A stretch of DNA of 64,000 nucleotides from an uncultured virus (IMG/VR IMGVR_UViG_2802429268_000001) (Duplodnaviria; Heunggongvirae; Uroviricota; Caudoviricetes). The notes below the pieces were generated by a model. The model was not told where the DNA came from, did no database searches, and saw only the letters and a list, made by a program, of their open reading frames with translations. The DNA lies in IMG/VR virus record IMGVR_UViG_2802429268_000001. One strand, 5' to 3'. This document shows, piece by piece, positions 35,961-46,670 of the stretch. How positions within the stretch are numbered: the stretch's first letter is position 1; every line of letters begins with the position of its first letter. The translations under genes and the position numbers were made by a program.

Positions 35961-36145
35961 GCGAGCCCGTCCCGATGATGCTCACGACCGAGGAAGGCGA
36001 GGAACTGCCGATCGTCTGCCTACTCGATGACGATGGCGATGAAACGGACGACCTCGATGACGCGGCTTTCGCTGTCTGCCAGACGGGAGACGGGCGGCTG
36101 CTCGCTTTCGAAATCACCTCTTGCGAAGAAATGACGGTCCACTGA
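35957..36145 (+). CDS. Acidic small protein
   Basis: Coupled ORF. Confidence 0.6.
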   Translation: MSEPVPMMLTTEEGEELPIVCLLDDDGDETDDLDDAAFAVCQTGDGRLLAFEITSCEEMTVH

Positions 36146-36537
36146 TGGCGCAGAAGGCTATGGACTTCGCCTTGAGCCTCCAGGCGCTCGGTGAGGAACT
36201 GACCGACGACGCCGTTCAGCAGGTCGTGCAGAAGGTCGCGCTGCAGGCGTTGCGCGGCGTCGTGATGAAGAGCCCGGTCGACACTGGACGCTTCCGCGGC
36301 AACTGGACGGTCTCGGTCGACGCCAAAGACACATCGATCACGGATGCGACCGACAAGGGCGGGGGAGAGACCATCGCCAAGGGTGCGGCGCTGATTGCCG
36401 CCCTGCCGCCTTATCGCACCGTCTGGATATCCAACAATCTGCCCTATGCGCGCCGCCTGGAAACGGGCTGGTCGAAGCAGGCGCCTGCCGGCGTCGTCGC
36501 CCTGACCATTGCTGAAATCGAGAGCCAATTCAGATGA
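36145..36537 (+). CDS. HK97 gp10-like tail completion protein
   Basis: SPVDTGRFRGNW; NNLPYARRLE.G.SKQAPAG. Confidence 0.88.
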   Translation: MAQKAMDFALSLQALGEELTDDAVQQVVQKVALQALRGVVMKSPVDTGRFRGNWTVSVDAKDTSITDATDKGGGETIAKGAALIAALPPYRTVWISNNLPYARRLETGWSKQAPAGVVALTIAEIESQFR

Positions 36538-36950
36538 CCTTGGAAACGGAACGCTCCGCGATCGAATCCCGCTTCGCGACGCAATGGGCGGCCTCTGCCT
36601 ACTCGGCTCTCAAGGTCGGCTACGACGGGCAGAAGTTCGAATTCGTCGCCAACACCACGTCGGTTCGGATGCGGATCGCCGACGGCGCCGCAGAGCAGAT
36701 CAGCTTCGGCAGCCCAGGCACCAATCTCATTCGGAACGTCGGCGTGATCCTCTTCCAGATCGCCACGCCTGGCGGGGTAGGGACCGCGACACTCCGCCCG
36801 ATCGAAGAGACGATCATGGGGTTCTTCCGCAACGTCACCTTCGGCGGCGTCAGGTGTCGCGTCCCCTACGTCATCGGAAGGGAAGACGAACCGCCCTTCC
36901 TGCTCTCGACCATTGCCTGCCCCTTCGAGCGTGACGAGTACAACGGCTAA
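36534..36950 (+). CDS. Tail terminator protein
   Basis: Position before tail tube gene; G.I.FQI.TP.G.G. Confidence 0.75.
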   Translation: MTLETERSAIESRFATQWAASAYSALKVGYDGQKFEFVANTTSVRMRIADGAAEQISFGSPGTNLIRNVGVILFQIATPGGVGTATLRPIEETIMGFFRNVTFGGVRCRVPYVIGREDEPPFLLSTIACPFERDEYNG

Positions 36951-36994
36951 CAGCACTGCCCGGTTGACGGGCTTCTTCTTGAAAGGAACCCTCA

Positions 36995-37936
36995 ATGACC
37001 ATTGCAGATACCTCGGGCACCCGCCTTGCCTTCGTCACGGAGTCGACGGAAGGCACGACTCCTTCCTCCCCCACCTTCCAGGTTCTCCGCTTCACCGGCG
37101 AATCCCTCGTCGGCGAAAAGCAGACGGTCTCGTCGAACGAAATCCGCTCCGACGGCAACGTGCCGGACGTCACCAAAGTCGGCAAGATGGTCTCGGGCGG
37201 CTTTGACTTCGAGCTGACCTATGCCACCCTCGACAGTCTGCTCGAAAGTGCGCTGCTCGGCACCTGGTCTTCGAACGTCCTGAAGAACGGCCGCGACCGG
37301 CACGCCTTCACCTTCGAAAAGACCTTCGAGACCGGCGCGACCGACGTCTTCCGCCGCTATGCCGGCTGCCTCATCAACACCACGACGCTGAATTTCCAGG
37401 CGAAGCAGATCGTCACCGGCAACATGTCCCTGATTGGCCGGTCCTATTCGGCGGCTGCCGCGGCACTCTCCGGCGCCACCTATACCGCCGCCAACACCAA
37501 GGCGGTGATGAACTGCTCTTCCGACTTCGCCTCGCTGACGATCGGTTCCGTCTCCCCGGCGCTGCAGGTCCGCTCCATCCGCCTCAACCTCAACAACAAC
37601 CTGCGGGCTCAGGACAAGATAGGTTCCGATGATCTGGCCGGCGTCGGCCTCGGTCAGCACGTCGTCACCGGCTCGATCGAGGCATACCTCGAGAACAAGG
37701 CGGTCCTCGACCTGCTCGACAACCACACGAGTTCGTCGCTGTCCTTCACGGTCGGCTCGGTCTCGGGTGAGAAGTACACGATCAACCTGCCGAAGCTCTA
37801 CATGACCGCAGGCGACGCGCAGACCCCCGGCAACAACCAGGACGTCATGGTCAACATGGACTTCCAAGCGATCTATGACACCTCGGGCTCGCCGGCCAAC
37901 AACGCCAGCATCATCATCACGCGGGCCGTCTCCTAA
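36995..37936 (+). CDS. Major tail tube protein
   Basis: LAFVTESTEGTTP, SNEIRSD, FTFEK. Confidence 0.88.
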   Translation: MTIADTSGTRLAFVTESTEGTTPSSPTFQVLRFTGESLVGEKQTVSSNEIRSDGNVPDVTKVGKMVSGGFDFELTYATLDSLLESALLGTWSSNVLKNGRDRHAFTFEKTFETGATDVFRRYAGCLINTTTLNFQAKQIVTGNMSLIGRSYSAAAAALSGATYTAANTKAVMNCSSDFASLTIGSVSPALQVRSIRLNLNNNLRAQDKIGSDDLAGVGLGQHVVTGSIEAYLENKAVLDLLDNHTSSSLSFTVGSVSGEKYTINLPKLYMTAGDAQTPGNNQDVMVNMDFQAIYDTSGSPANNASIIITRAVS

Positions 37937-38112
37937 TGGCAGTCGTCCGCGTCATCCCCTCGCAGGACTTCGATGGCTACCCGGACGGCATCAAGAAGGT
38001 GTCGTTCCAGGCGGGCGTCGAAGCCTCCGTTCCCGAGCATTACGCCAAGCTCCTGACCGACAAGGGCATGGCTACCCGCAAGAAATCCAAAGCCACCCCC
38101 GACAACGAATAG
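37936..38112 (+). CDS. Small protein (58 aa), not in ORF track
   Basis: TAATG overlap; MAVVRVIPSQDFDGYPDG. Confidence 0.6.
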   Translation: MAVVRVIPSQDFDGYPDGIKKVSFQAGVEASVPEHYAKLLTDKGMATRKKSKATPDNE

Positions 38113-38181
38113 TGTGCACGCTAGGCCGTGGCGGGTGTCGGGCTCGCCACGGCCACCCCTCCCGACAGAAGGAATCCCGAT

Positions 38182-38604
38182 ATGCAGATTGACGGCTTTG
38201 TTCCCGCCGACAAGACGATTGCGCTCGAAGAGGGCGTGACGTTCGTCTATGACACGCCCTACGGCAACGTGACGATCATTTCCAAGATTGCCGGCGACGA
38301 TAACGAGGACTTCACGCAAGCCTTCGTCAAGCTCTCCCAGCGCCATGACCGCGAGCGCAAGCTCGGTCAGGTCGACGCGGTGAAGCAGTTCTCCGACATC
38401 ATCCGCCTCTATGGAACGACGGTTGTCCTGAAATGGTCGACGACGGCGAAGTCTGCAGGCAAGCCGATCGAGTCCACCGTCGACAACTTCGTGGCGATGA
38501 TGGAAACCCCGGCCTTCCGGCGCGTCTTCGCGCTGTTTCAGGAGGATTGCGGCGACCTCGCCAACTTCCGCGCCAAACAGGAAGAGGACGCCGCAAAAAA
38601 CTGA
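38182..38604 (+). CDS. Tail assembly chaperone (gpG-like)
   Basis: Ends ...AKN at a slippery site. Confidence 0.85.
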   Translation: MQIDGFVPADKTIALEEGVTFVYDTPYGNVTIISKIAGDDNEDFTQAFVKLSQRHDRERKLGQVDAVKQFSDIIRLYGTTVVLKWSTTAKSAGKPIESTVDNFVAMMETPAFRRVFALFQEDCGDLANFRAKQEEDAAKN

Positions 38605-38936
38605 TCGAGGCCCTGCTCTGGAATCTGGAGTGGGGCGAACATCTCGAATTTCTCCAGGATAGACGAGATGCCGGTAAATCGGCTCCAGCGCTCGACAGGC
38701 GCGTTTTGCCGGATCAGGGCAACGCATTCTTCTGGAAAGCCTTCCAGACGCTCAGCAAGGCCCGCAGGCCGGCTTTTGACGGTGTCTCCGATATCCTGAT
38801 TGCCGACATTCTCGCCTATGCCGATCTGGTCGGGGTCCGTGACCTCGATCTTCGGGGGCAACTCTGCCGGATCGTCGTCGCGATGGACGAGGCGGCTCTC
38901 GAATGGGCTCGCGCCCGCAAACCACAACCGAAATAA
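38595..38936 (+). CDS. Tail assembly chaperone -1 frameshift extension (gpGT-like)
   Basis: A AAA AAC heptamer at 38595-38601; open -1 frame up to the tape measure gene. Confidence 0.85.
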   Translation, partial: KKLIEALLWNLEWGEHLEFLQDRRDAGKSAPALDRRVLPDQGNAFFWKAFQTLSKARRPAFDGVSDILIADILAYADLVGVRDLDLRGQLCRIVVAMDEAALEWARARKPQPK

Positions 38937-38948
38937 GGGTCTGACGCT

Positions 38949-41765
38949 ATGGAAAGAGGAGTTTCGATATTCATCGATCCGTCCGGCGCGCAGACCGGCG
39001 GCCGCGTCGTCAAGCGGGAACTGAAGGAGATCGGCGACGCGGCGATCGGCGCGCAGAAGATGACCGATCAACTGACGCGCGCCCAGCAGGAAATGGCCAA
39101 GTCGGCCCAGGCATCGGCGCAGGCTCTCACCCAGCAACAGGACGCGCTTCGGGCCAAGTTCAACCCGACCTTCGCCGTGCTCCAGCGCTACAAGCAGGTG
39201 CAGGACGAGATCCGCATGGCGCATCGTGTCGGGGCACTGTCTGCCAATGAGATGGCGAACGCGCTGTCTCGCGAGCGGCAGGCGGCGCTTGCCAATGTCG
39301 CAGCGCTCAAGTCGCACACCGTCGCCATCCATGCGAACAATGCGGCAATGCGCATGGCTTCCTTCCAGCGCACGAACCTGATCTTCCAGTTGAACGATAT
39401 CGCGGTTTCGCTCGCCTCCGGCATGAATCCGCTGATGGTCTTTGCGCAGCAGGGCAGCCAGATCAGCCAGATCTATGCCGGGCAGGGCGGGGTAGCGGCT
39501 GCACTCCGCGAGACGGCGGACATGGCCGGTCGCGCTGCATCCCGTTTCGGCCGCTGGGGCGCCGTGCTTGCGCCTGTCGCTCTCGGGCTTGGTCATATCA
39601 AGAGCGAGGCTGAAGCCGCTCTACGGTCCTCTGTGACCTGGGGTGAGGTGATGACCGCGACCTTCCAGACGATATGGGAAGGATTGCAGAACACCTTCGG
39701 GCCGGCGGTCTCCACGCTGCTCGACCCGCTGTTCTATGCCTTCGAAAAGCTCTCTTCGGCGGCCGTCGACGTGGGCGAATTGGTGATCAACTCCTTCCGG
39801 GCGGCCTACGAGGACGTCAAGTTCATCTGGAACCAGTTCCCGAACATGATGGGCGCTGCCTTTGTCGGCGCTGTGAACTTTGCCATTCGCGAGCTCAACA
39901 GCTTGATCAAGAGGAACGCCGACGCGGTCGATCAGATCATAGCAGCGTTCAATCGCATCCCCGGCGTGGATATCCCCACCATAGGTGCCTCTGACCAGAC
40001 CATCCCGGAACAGCGCAACCCCTATGCGGAGGAACTGGCGCGCGCCGCACAGCAGCGCAATGCCGATATCGAATCCATCATGACGAGCACGCCCTTGCGC
40101 GACTTCGGCTCTGACGTCGTTGATCGCATCGGAACCAACCGCGCGCAGTCCCGCCTTGCCGATCTGGCTAATATGGACTTTTCGCGGTCCATCCAAGGCG
40201 CTACCGGTCTCAGCCAGGCAGTCGGAGGAATTGCGACGGCAGCACAGCAGGCGCGTTCCACCGTCATCGACGTCAACCAGCAGATGATGGACGCGCGCCG
40301 CGCCACGCTCGCGGGGTTCGAGCAGTCTGGAAACCAGCTTCGTTCCATGAAGTCGGAACTGAAGGACATCCAGGCAACGCTTGCCGCTGCGGCTCAGACG
40401 CCGGTGGCGGACGTGTTCGGACGGGACATCAACGGGGCCTCCAGTGCCATCGAAGCGGCTGCTTCCTCTATACAGAAGGTGTTCAACGCCCTCGATAGCG
40501 GCACCATGACGGCAAGGACGGCGCACGAAAGCCTTGAACTGATCCGGCAAAGCCTTCACCAGCTTGGCGGCAACACCGCGTCCGTCGACGCTTTCATCAA
40601 CGCCCTGATCAACGGCAACATGCGCGCCCGCGATCTGGAGTCGGCGGTCAAGTCGCTCTCCAACTCCATTCAGAACATCCCGGACAAGCTGATCCGCATC
40701 GGCATCCAGCAATACACCGTTCCTTCGGCCAACGGCGGTACGGCCAATGTCAATGTCATCGGCGGCAACGCCGATTTCTCCTATTCGCAGTATCAGGTCG
40801 GCGGCGGCAAGACCGTCGGCGTGTCGGCCGGCAACGGCTCCTATGGCGGCCAGAGCGGCTATTACTACGACTCGCCCTACGACATGCAGACGCTCCAGCA
40901 GATGGGCCGTCTCAGCGGCACCCGCGCGGCCGGCGGTCCGGTATCGGCGGGCGGCACCTATCTCGTCGGCGAAAATGGCCCGGAGCTGCTCACCATGTCC
41001 GGGGCCGGGAACGTCACCGACACGAACTCGACGGCGGCGATCCTCTCCGGCGGCCGTGACACGCTCTCGCTGATCGAGGACCATCTCTACAACGTCGTCC
41101 AGGAGCTCCGCATCCACACGAACTATTGGGAGACGGCGGAAAGCGAATTCTCCGAAATGGTCGCTTGCCTCAAGTCGCTCAAGTCGGCTGTCTCCAGCGG
41201 TGGCGGATCCTATTCGGGCGGTTCGTCCTATTCTCGTGGATCGTCACGGGGTTCCTATGGCGGTTCGTCCGGTTCGTCGGGCGGACAAAGCCATCTCGAC
41301 CCGTATTCGCCCTACTATTTCAATGCTGCGCGCAATTTCGCCGGCACGGGCGGGGGCCGGTACGATCCGGTCGCGGATGCGATGCTCAACGGCAATGTCG
41401 GCGCCCTTGCTGGCGTTGGCCAGGGGCCCGGGTATTTCGGCGGCGCCTATCTCAGCAGCATCAATATCGGGGGCGCCGGTTCCTCTCCGACCTTGCTCGA
41501 TCGCCTCAAGCGGCAAGTCGGCTTCGCCAACAACGGCCAGATCATGCCGGGCGAAGACCAGAAGGTCGAGTTCTTCAAGCGCAACAAGGAACGGGTGATC
41601 ATCGTCGATGACAACCGGGTGTCGGATCAGCGCGGCGCGCAGCCGGCGAAGAGCGACCGGCCGATCCAAATCATCAATAACTTCAATGGCGGCAACATCG
41701 GCGACGCCAGATCCCGCCAAGCGATGGAAGACCAGTTCCGCCGCGCCGTGCAGCAGGTGAAGTAA
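38949..41765 (+). CDS. Tape measure protein
   Basis: 938 aa Ala-rich; QLNDIAVSLASGMNP..QQGSQI; RAAGGPV..YLVGENGPE. Confidence 0.93.
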   Translation: MERGVSIFIDPSGAQTGGRVVKRELKEIGDAAIGAQKMTDQLTRAQQEMAKSAQASAQALTQQQDALRAKFNPTFAVLQRYKQVQDEIRMAHRVGALSANEMANALSRERQAALANVAALKSHTVAIHANNAAMRMASFQRTNLIFQLNDIAVSLASGMNPLMVFAQQGSQISQIYAGQGGVAAALRETADMAGRAASRFGRWGAVLAPVALGLGHIKSEAEAALRSSVTWGEVMTATFQTIWEGLQNTFGPAVSTLLDPLFYAFEKLSSAAVDVGELVINSFRAAYEDVKFIWNQFPNMMGAAFVGAVNFAIRELNSLIKRNADAVDQIIAAFNRIPGVDIPTIGASDQTIPEQRNPYAEELARAAQQRNADIESIMTSTPLRDFGSDVVDRIGTNRAQSRLADLANMDFSRSIQGATGLSQAVGGIATAAQQARSTVIDVNQQMMDARRATLAGFEQSGNQLRSMKSELKDIQATLAAAAQTPVADVFGRDINGASSAIEAAASSIQKVFNALDSGTMTARTAHESLELIRQSLHQLGGNTASVDAFINALINGNMRARDLESAVKSLSNSIQNIPDKLIRIGIQQYTVPSANGGTANVNVIGGNADFSYSQYQVGGGKTVGVSAGNGSYGGQSGYYYDSPYDMQTLQQMGRLSGTRAAGGPVSAGGTYLVGENGPELLTMSGAGNVTDTNSTAAILSGGRDTLSLIEDHLYNVVQELRIHTNYWETAESEFSEMVACLKSLKSAVSSGGGSYSGGSSYSRGSSRGSYGGSSGSSGGQSHLDPYSPYYFNAARNFAGTGGGRYDPVADAMLNGNVGALAGVGQGPGYFGGAYLSSINIGGAGSSPTLLDRLKRQVGFANNGQIMPGEDQKVEFFKRNKERVIIVDDNRVSDQRGAQPAKSDRPIQIINNFNGGNIGDARSRQAMEDQFRRAVQQVK

Positions 41766-41768
41766 GCT

Positions 41769-42401
41769 ATGGTCGATCATTCCACCGCGATCCTCTCCGA
41801 CAATCTGGCGGTCGGCTACACCTCGGGGCCGGAGTTCCTGACGGCGATCACGTCGGTTTCAGGCGGCTATGAACGTCGGAACGCGCGCAGGGCCAACCCC
41901 CGCTGGCGTTTTGACTTCTCCATTGCCGAGCTCAACGACGATGAAATCCGCGACATGCTCGACTTCTACATGGGCCGCCGCGGGCCGCTCTATTCGTGGC
42001 TCTTGAAAGACCCGTGGAATTTCGAGCTCGTCGACGAAACGGCGCTGATCGGCGGGACGGTGCTTGTCGCGGCCGGCGGCGAAACCACGGCCCAGGTCAT
42101 CAAGCGCTATGACATCGGGGGGAACCCCTTTACCCGCACGATCAAGTACATCGCCTCGGGCACGCTCAAGGTCTATGTCGACGGCGTTCTTGATGGTAGC
42201 GCAACCCATACAGACGGACTCGTCACGCTCTCCGCTCCGCTCACCGCGGGACAGGTGGTGACGATCGGCACGGCTGCATCACCGACCGAATATTATTTCC
42301 CCGTCCGCTTCCGGAACGACTTCGCCGGCCTGCAGATGTCCTCGCAATCGGCCAATTACGGTTCCATCCAGAGCTTTGACGCACAAGAGGTGCTGGAATG
42401 A
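41769..42401 (+). CDS. Distal tail protein (DUF2460, GTA-like)
   Basis: GPEFLT..SGGYERRN; F..RRG; PVRF. Confidence 0.85.
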   Translation: MVDHSTAILSDNLAVGYTSGPEFLTAITSVSGGYERRNARRANPRWRFDFSIAELNDDEIRDMLDFYMGRRGPLYSWLLKDPWNFELVDETALIGGTVLVAAGGETTAQVIKRYDIGGNPFTRTIKYIASGTLKVYVDGVLDGSATHTDGLVTLSAPLTAGQVVTIGTAASPTEYYFPVRFRNDFAGLQMSSQSANYGSIQSFDAQEVLE

Positions 42402-43315
42402 GGAACGCCTCGGCCGCCCTCAAGAGCGCCGCTGCATCAACCGTGACGACGCTTGGCTGGCTGTGCCGGATCACGACCATCGACGGCGCGAATGTCTACC
42501 TGAACAATTTCGGCAAGAACGTCACCGTCGGCGGGAATGTCTACCTCGGCAATCCAGGCTTTGACATTGGCAATATCCGGGTGACGGACGGCCGCGACCC
42601 GCCCTCGGTCGAATTGATCCTGCCAATCGACGACACGACGCCCATTCTCTTCGACGCCGCCGCACGGCGCAAGCTCGACCAGGCCCGCATCCGGCTTTAC
42701 ATCATAGATCATTCCTCCCTGGAAAACGTCGAGATTGGCTTTCAATGGTATGTCGGCGCCGTCGATGCGCTGGACAGCCGACGGGCGACCTTGGACGTCA
42801 GAGCGGCAGAGCGCGCCCAACGCGAATTGATGCTGAAGTCGTTCAAGCCGGGCTGCCAATGGGATCTAGGGGAAACGGGCTGCGGCGTCGACGTCGCCGG
42901 CTCATGGCAGGACTCTGTCACCGTCGCGACCTATACCGACGCCTTCACCTTCACGATTTCCGGTGCGCGCGGCGCGGCGGTCGATGACTTCTTCGCCAAT
43001 GGCGCAATCAAGTTCACGTCGGGCGAGAATGAGGGCTTTTCCTATGCCGTCCGACGTTGGGTGCAGTCCTCGTCCACGGTGAAGCTCTGGGAGCCTCTGC
43101 GGGCTCCTGTGGCGGCTTCTGATACCGCTCTGATCCATGCAGGGTGTGACAAGTCCGTCGGGGCCAATGGCTGCGAGCGGTTCTCCAACATCGCCCGGCG
43201 CTTCGCCTTCGAGGATCTTCCGACCGGCGATCTGACCTTCAACGTCAAGCAACCGGCGCCCGCGCAGGAATCGAGCGGCGACAACGACAGCTATGTAAGG
43301 TGGGCTCAAGGCTAA
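42398..43315 (+). CDS. Baseplate hub protein (DUF2163)
   Basis: C..LG..CGVD; F..G.I.FTSGEN; GCDK..C.RFSN. Confidence 0.85.
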   Translation: MRNASAALKSAAASTVTTLGWLCRITTIDGANVYLNNFGKNVTVGGNVYLGNPGFDIGNIRVTDGRDPPSVELILPIDDTTPILFDAAARRKLDQARIRLYIIDHSSLENVEIGFQWYVGAVDALDSRRATLDVRAAERAQRELMLKSFKPGCQWDLGETGCGVDVAGSWQDSVTVATYTDAFTFTISGARGAAVDDFFANGAIKFTSGENEGFSYAVRRWVQSSSTVKLWEPLRAPVAASDTALIHAGCDKSVGANGCERFSNIARRFAFEDLPTGDLTFNVKQPAPAQESSGDNDSYVRWAQG

Positions 43316-46300
43316 TGGCGTGGGGGATAGTCGGACAGAGCGGCGTAACGCCATATGGCCCGTTCTATGGCATTGCGACGACCGAACCCGTTGTCACGTC
43401 TTCCGGCGGCACGTCGTCTGGAGAAATCGGCCTGCCGTCTCCGCTGGGCGACAAGATCCCGCAGGGCATCGGCACGTTCCCGGTCTACGGCAAGCTGATC
43501 GTCGACCCCGATCTGCTGGGCGGCGTCACGCAATCCGGCGACACGACCAAGGTCAATCTCGTTCTGGCGTTCTGCGAAACGTCCCTGGGCGGCACGGTGT
43601 CGCTGATCAACCTCAAGGCCAACGACAAGTACATCTATCGCACGGAGACGCCGACCAAGACCTTTCCCGGCACGATCCGCTTCTATGGCGGCGACCAGGC
43701 GGCGCTCGACACGTTGCTCGAGGACAACCTCGATAACCCGACCTATTGGCCGAAACTCGCCTATGCGGTGCTGGAAGGGTTTGATATCGCGCCCTATGGC
43801 AATCAGCTTCCGTCATTCCAGGCAGAGCTTTCGACCGGGGCAAGCTCGAGCGCGCTTTCCAGCGCAGAGGCAACGCTCAATTTCGGCGCGATCCATGATG
43901 GTTCCGGCGGCGATGAAAACGCCATAGACCGGGTCCGCAACCACTTCTACACGTCCGACCTCGATAACTCGACGGGCGACGTCTACATCCTCACCATCGA
44001 TATCCTGACCAATCAGGAGATCAACCGGGCCAAGGTCTCGTGGGCTGGCGGGACGACCGACTACATCGGCTATTGGGTGTCTCTCGACGGCTCGGATTAC
44101 ATCGTCGGCGCCCTGATCGATGACGCGGACAACCTCTATAAACTCGCCCTCATCAACACGGTGACGGGCGTCGTTGATGAAGTCCTGGCCCCGCTCACCA
44201 AGACCGGCACGCCGTTTGAGCCGAATCCGATCCGGGCGCAACTGATCTCGAGCGGAGCGGCGACGAAGTATCTCGTCTATTCGGATGCAATCGGCACGGT
44301 CAGCGACGGCAATTGCCCGCTGATGGTCACAGTAGCCGACATCACCGCCGGCACGCTCACGAACATCGTACACCAGTTCACAAACCCGGTTGCGGCGAGT
44401 GGGTCGGGTGAAATCAGGTCAACATGCCCCGGCCCATCCGTCGATGGCACGGCGATCATGTTTTTCGTTCCGTCCGACGCAGGCGGCGGCGAGGATAACA
44501 ACGTCTGGAAAGCGGTCTTTTCTGAAGCCGGAATCGTCTCCGTTGCCATCGCCCATACCGGCACGGATTGCCGAGACGTCGCCTACGATTGGACCGATGA
44601 CACCATTGTCGTCTACGACGCCACCGGCGCGCTGAAGAAGATCGATAGCCTGGGGTCCACCCTCTACACGGTCGCGACTGGCGTTACCGATCTCCGGATC
44701 AACTATTCGCATTACGAGACGGGCGGCCAGTTCAATTTCAAATGCCGGGACGGGTTCGCGGCCGGCTGCCGGGTCTTCGGCGATGGCGCGGTCTATCTGA
44801 TCGACCTCTCCGACGGCTCCACGTCGTTCATCATCGACGATAGCGACTACATGAGCGGCTACGTCTATTACGACCAGTCGAAGGGCTATCTGACCACGGA
44901 CGCGGTGAACCTGACGTTCTCCGGCATGACGCGCTACACCCTGCCGCTCTCCACGGTTCCCGTCTTCGACCTGCAGACCGTTTACACGAAGCTGGCGGAG
45001 TACCGCGGCAAGTTCTCGTCCTCGGATCTGACCTTCACCAACTTCTCCGGGGGTGAGTGCTACGGCGTCGTCTATGAGAACGACACCACGCTCGACAATG
45101 CCGAGCAGGACGCCAACAACATCTTCGACGTCAAGATCGTCCCCTCCGACGGCAAGCGGAAATACATCAAGGCCAAGCGCGACGGCTCCTTCGCCGTGGA
45201 CGACACCCTTGCATCAACCGATATCGTCGAGCAGGCCGAATTCAACATCCGCAAGACCATGCTCTCGGACGAGCAATCGCTTGTCGGGGCCCGGATCTCC
45301 TACATCGACAAGAACGCCCGGTTCGAAAGGACGGAGCAGGAATACCGCCGGCCGGTCGGCATCTACTCGGTCACCCGCTCCGATCGGGTCGAAGACGTCT
45401 CCACCAACTTCGTCCTGTCGTCCACCCAGGCGATGCAGGCCGTCACGACGAAGGTCTACCGCTCGAATTTCGGGCTTGATCAGTATGCCTTCACGCTGGC
45501 ACCGAGCAATTTCTACAACGAGCCCGCCGATATCGTGCAGTTCGATTTCGAAGGCTTCACCATCGTCGGCCAGATCAACGAGGCGAACCTTTCCGGAGAA
45601 CTGTTCACCCAGGACGTGGTTGTCACCCAATACGTGCAGGCGATCGATGCGGACTTCACCGGCGTCGACCTCAACCTGTCGGACATTACCGACCCGTCAT
45701 GGCTGACGCGGTTTCTGTATCTCGACGCGCCGCTTTTGAGCCTGGGCGATGACCTCGGGGGAACAGCGGTTCGGCAATATGCAATGCTGTCCGGCTATGG
45801 GTATGGCACATTCCAGGGCGCCACACTGTACCGCTCGTACGATGGAAGCTCATACGGGGTGCTGACCTCCCGCTATGGCGTCTCGCCCGTCGTTGGGCGT
45901 CTGGAGGCGATTACGGGTAGCCCTGTGGTTAATCCGGGCACGGACACCGCGTCGAGCCTCACGGTCGCGGTCATCTCGGGCGATACGGCCGACCTCGCCA
46001 GCATTACACAGGCCGAGCTCTACACCGGTCAGAACAAGGCGCTGGTCGGCAAGCCTGGGCGGTGGGTGATCATCTATTTCCAGACTGTTTCCGTCACCGA
46101 CAAGACCGCGACGATTTCCAACATCATCTGGTCGGCTCCGCACTATCAGACGTTCTTGGATGACCTGACGGCCGGGGATTATTTCGTCCTTCTCCAGCCC
46201 GGTCACCATGTCCGGTTCGCGGGCGAGGCCGGGCGGCTCGGCGATAGCGTCTTCTACAAGGCGGCGTCGGATGCCTTCAACATCTCGCAGGTTCCGACCG

Positions 46301-46662
46301 AGTCGCATACCCTCGTCGGGCGGGCGGAAATGCCGTTCCCAGCCACGAACCTCACGGCGTCAATCGTCGGATCAGACATTGCGCTCGGCTGGGATTGGCG
46401 CTCAAGGCTCAACCCGATCGCCATTCTGACCGGGCCGGCCGATACGGTTCATGGAGAATCCAGCCTGTCCTTCGAGATCGACATCATGGACGGCTCGACG
46501 GTGAAGCGCACGCTGACCGCAACGACCAACGAAAAGACCTATCTCGCCGCGGACATCTCTTCGGATTGGGGCTCAATGCCGGCCGATATCACCTTCCGCG
46601 TCTACCAGATCAGCGCGCTCGTCGGGCGCGGCTATGTCGCTGAAGATACCATAACCCTCTAG
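43315..46662 (+). CDS. Large tail tip/central fibre protein (megatron-like)
   Basis: 1115 aa; PYGNQLPSF, EPADIV, C-terminal W.WRSR..FEIDI. Confidence 0.85.
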   Translation: MAWGIVGQSGVTPYGPFYGIATTEPVVTSSGGTSSGEIGLPSPLGDKIPQGIGTFPVYGKLIVDPDLLGGVTQSGDTTKVNLVLAFCETSLGGTVSLINLKANDKYIYRTETPTKTFPGTIRFYGGDQAALDTLLEDNLDNPTYWPKLAYAVLEGFDIAPYGNQLPSFQAELSTGASSSALSSAEATLNFGAIHDGSGGDENAIDRVRNHFYTSDLDNSTGDVYILTIDILTNQEINRAKVSWAGGTTDYIGYWVSLDGSDYIVGALIDDADNLYKLALINTVTGVVDEVLAPLTKTGTPFEPNPIRAQLISSGAATKYLVYSDAIGTVSDGNCPLMVTVADITAGTLTNIVHQFTNPVAASGSGEIRSTCPGPSVDGTAIMFFVPSDAGGGEDNNVWKAVFSEAGIVSVAIAHTGTDCRDVAYDWTDDTIVVYDATGALKKIDSLGSTLYTVATGVTDLRINYSHYETGGQFNFKCRDGFAAGCRVFGDGAVYLIDLSDGSTSFIIDDSDYMSGYVYYDQSKGYLTTDAVNLTFSGMTRYTLPLSTVPVFDLQTVYTKLAEYRGKFSSSDLTFTNFSGGECYGVVYENDTTLDNAEQDANNIFDVKIVPSDGKRKYIKAKRDGSFAVDDTLASTDIVEQAEFNIRKTMLSDEQSLVGARISYIDKNARFERTEQEYRRPVGIYSVTRSDRVEDVSTNFVLSSTQAMQAVTTKVYRSNFGLDQYAFTLAPSNFYNEPADIVQFDFEGFTIVGQINEANLSGELFTQDVVVTQYVQAIDADFTGVDLNLSDITDPSWLTRFLYLDAPLLSLGDDLGGTAVRQYAMLSGYGYGTFQGATLYRSYDGSSYGVLTSRYGVSPVVGRLEAITGSPVVNPGTDTASSLTVAVISGDTADLASITQAELYTGQNKALVGKPGRWVIIYFQTVSVTDKTATISNIIWSAPHYQTFLDDLTAGDYFVLLQPGHHVRFAGEAGRLGDSVFYKAASDAFNISQVPTESHTLVGRAEMPFPATNLTASIVGSDIALGWDWRSRLNPIAILTGPADTVHGESSLSFEIDIMDGSTVKRTLTATTNEKTYLAADISSDWGSMPADITFRVYQISALVGRGYVAEDTITL

Positions 46663-46670
46663 GGGCACCC

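Noticed and set aside
41195..41290. Ser/Gly/Tyr low-complexity repeat
   Set aside because: In-frame linker within the tape measure protein; no separate element
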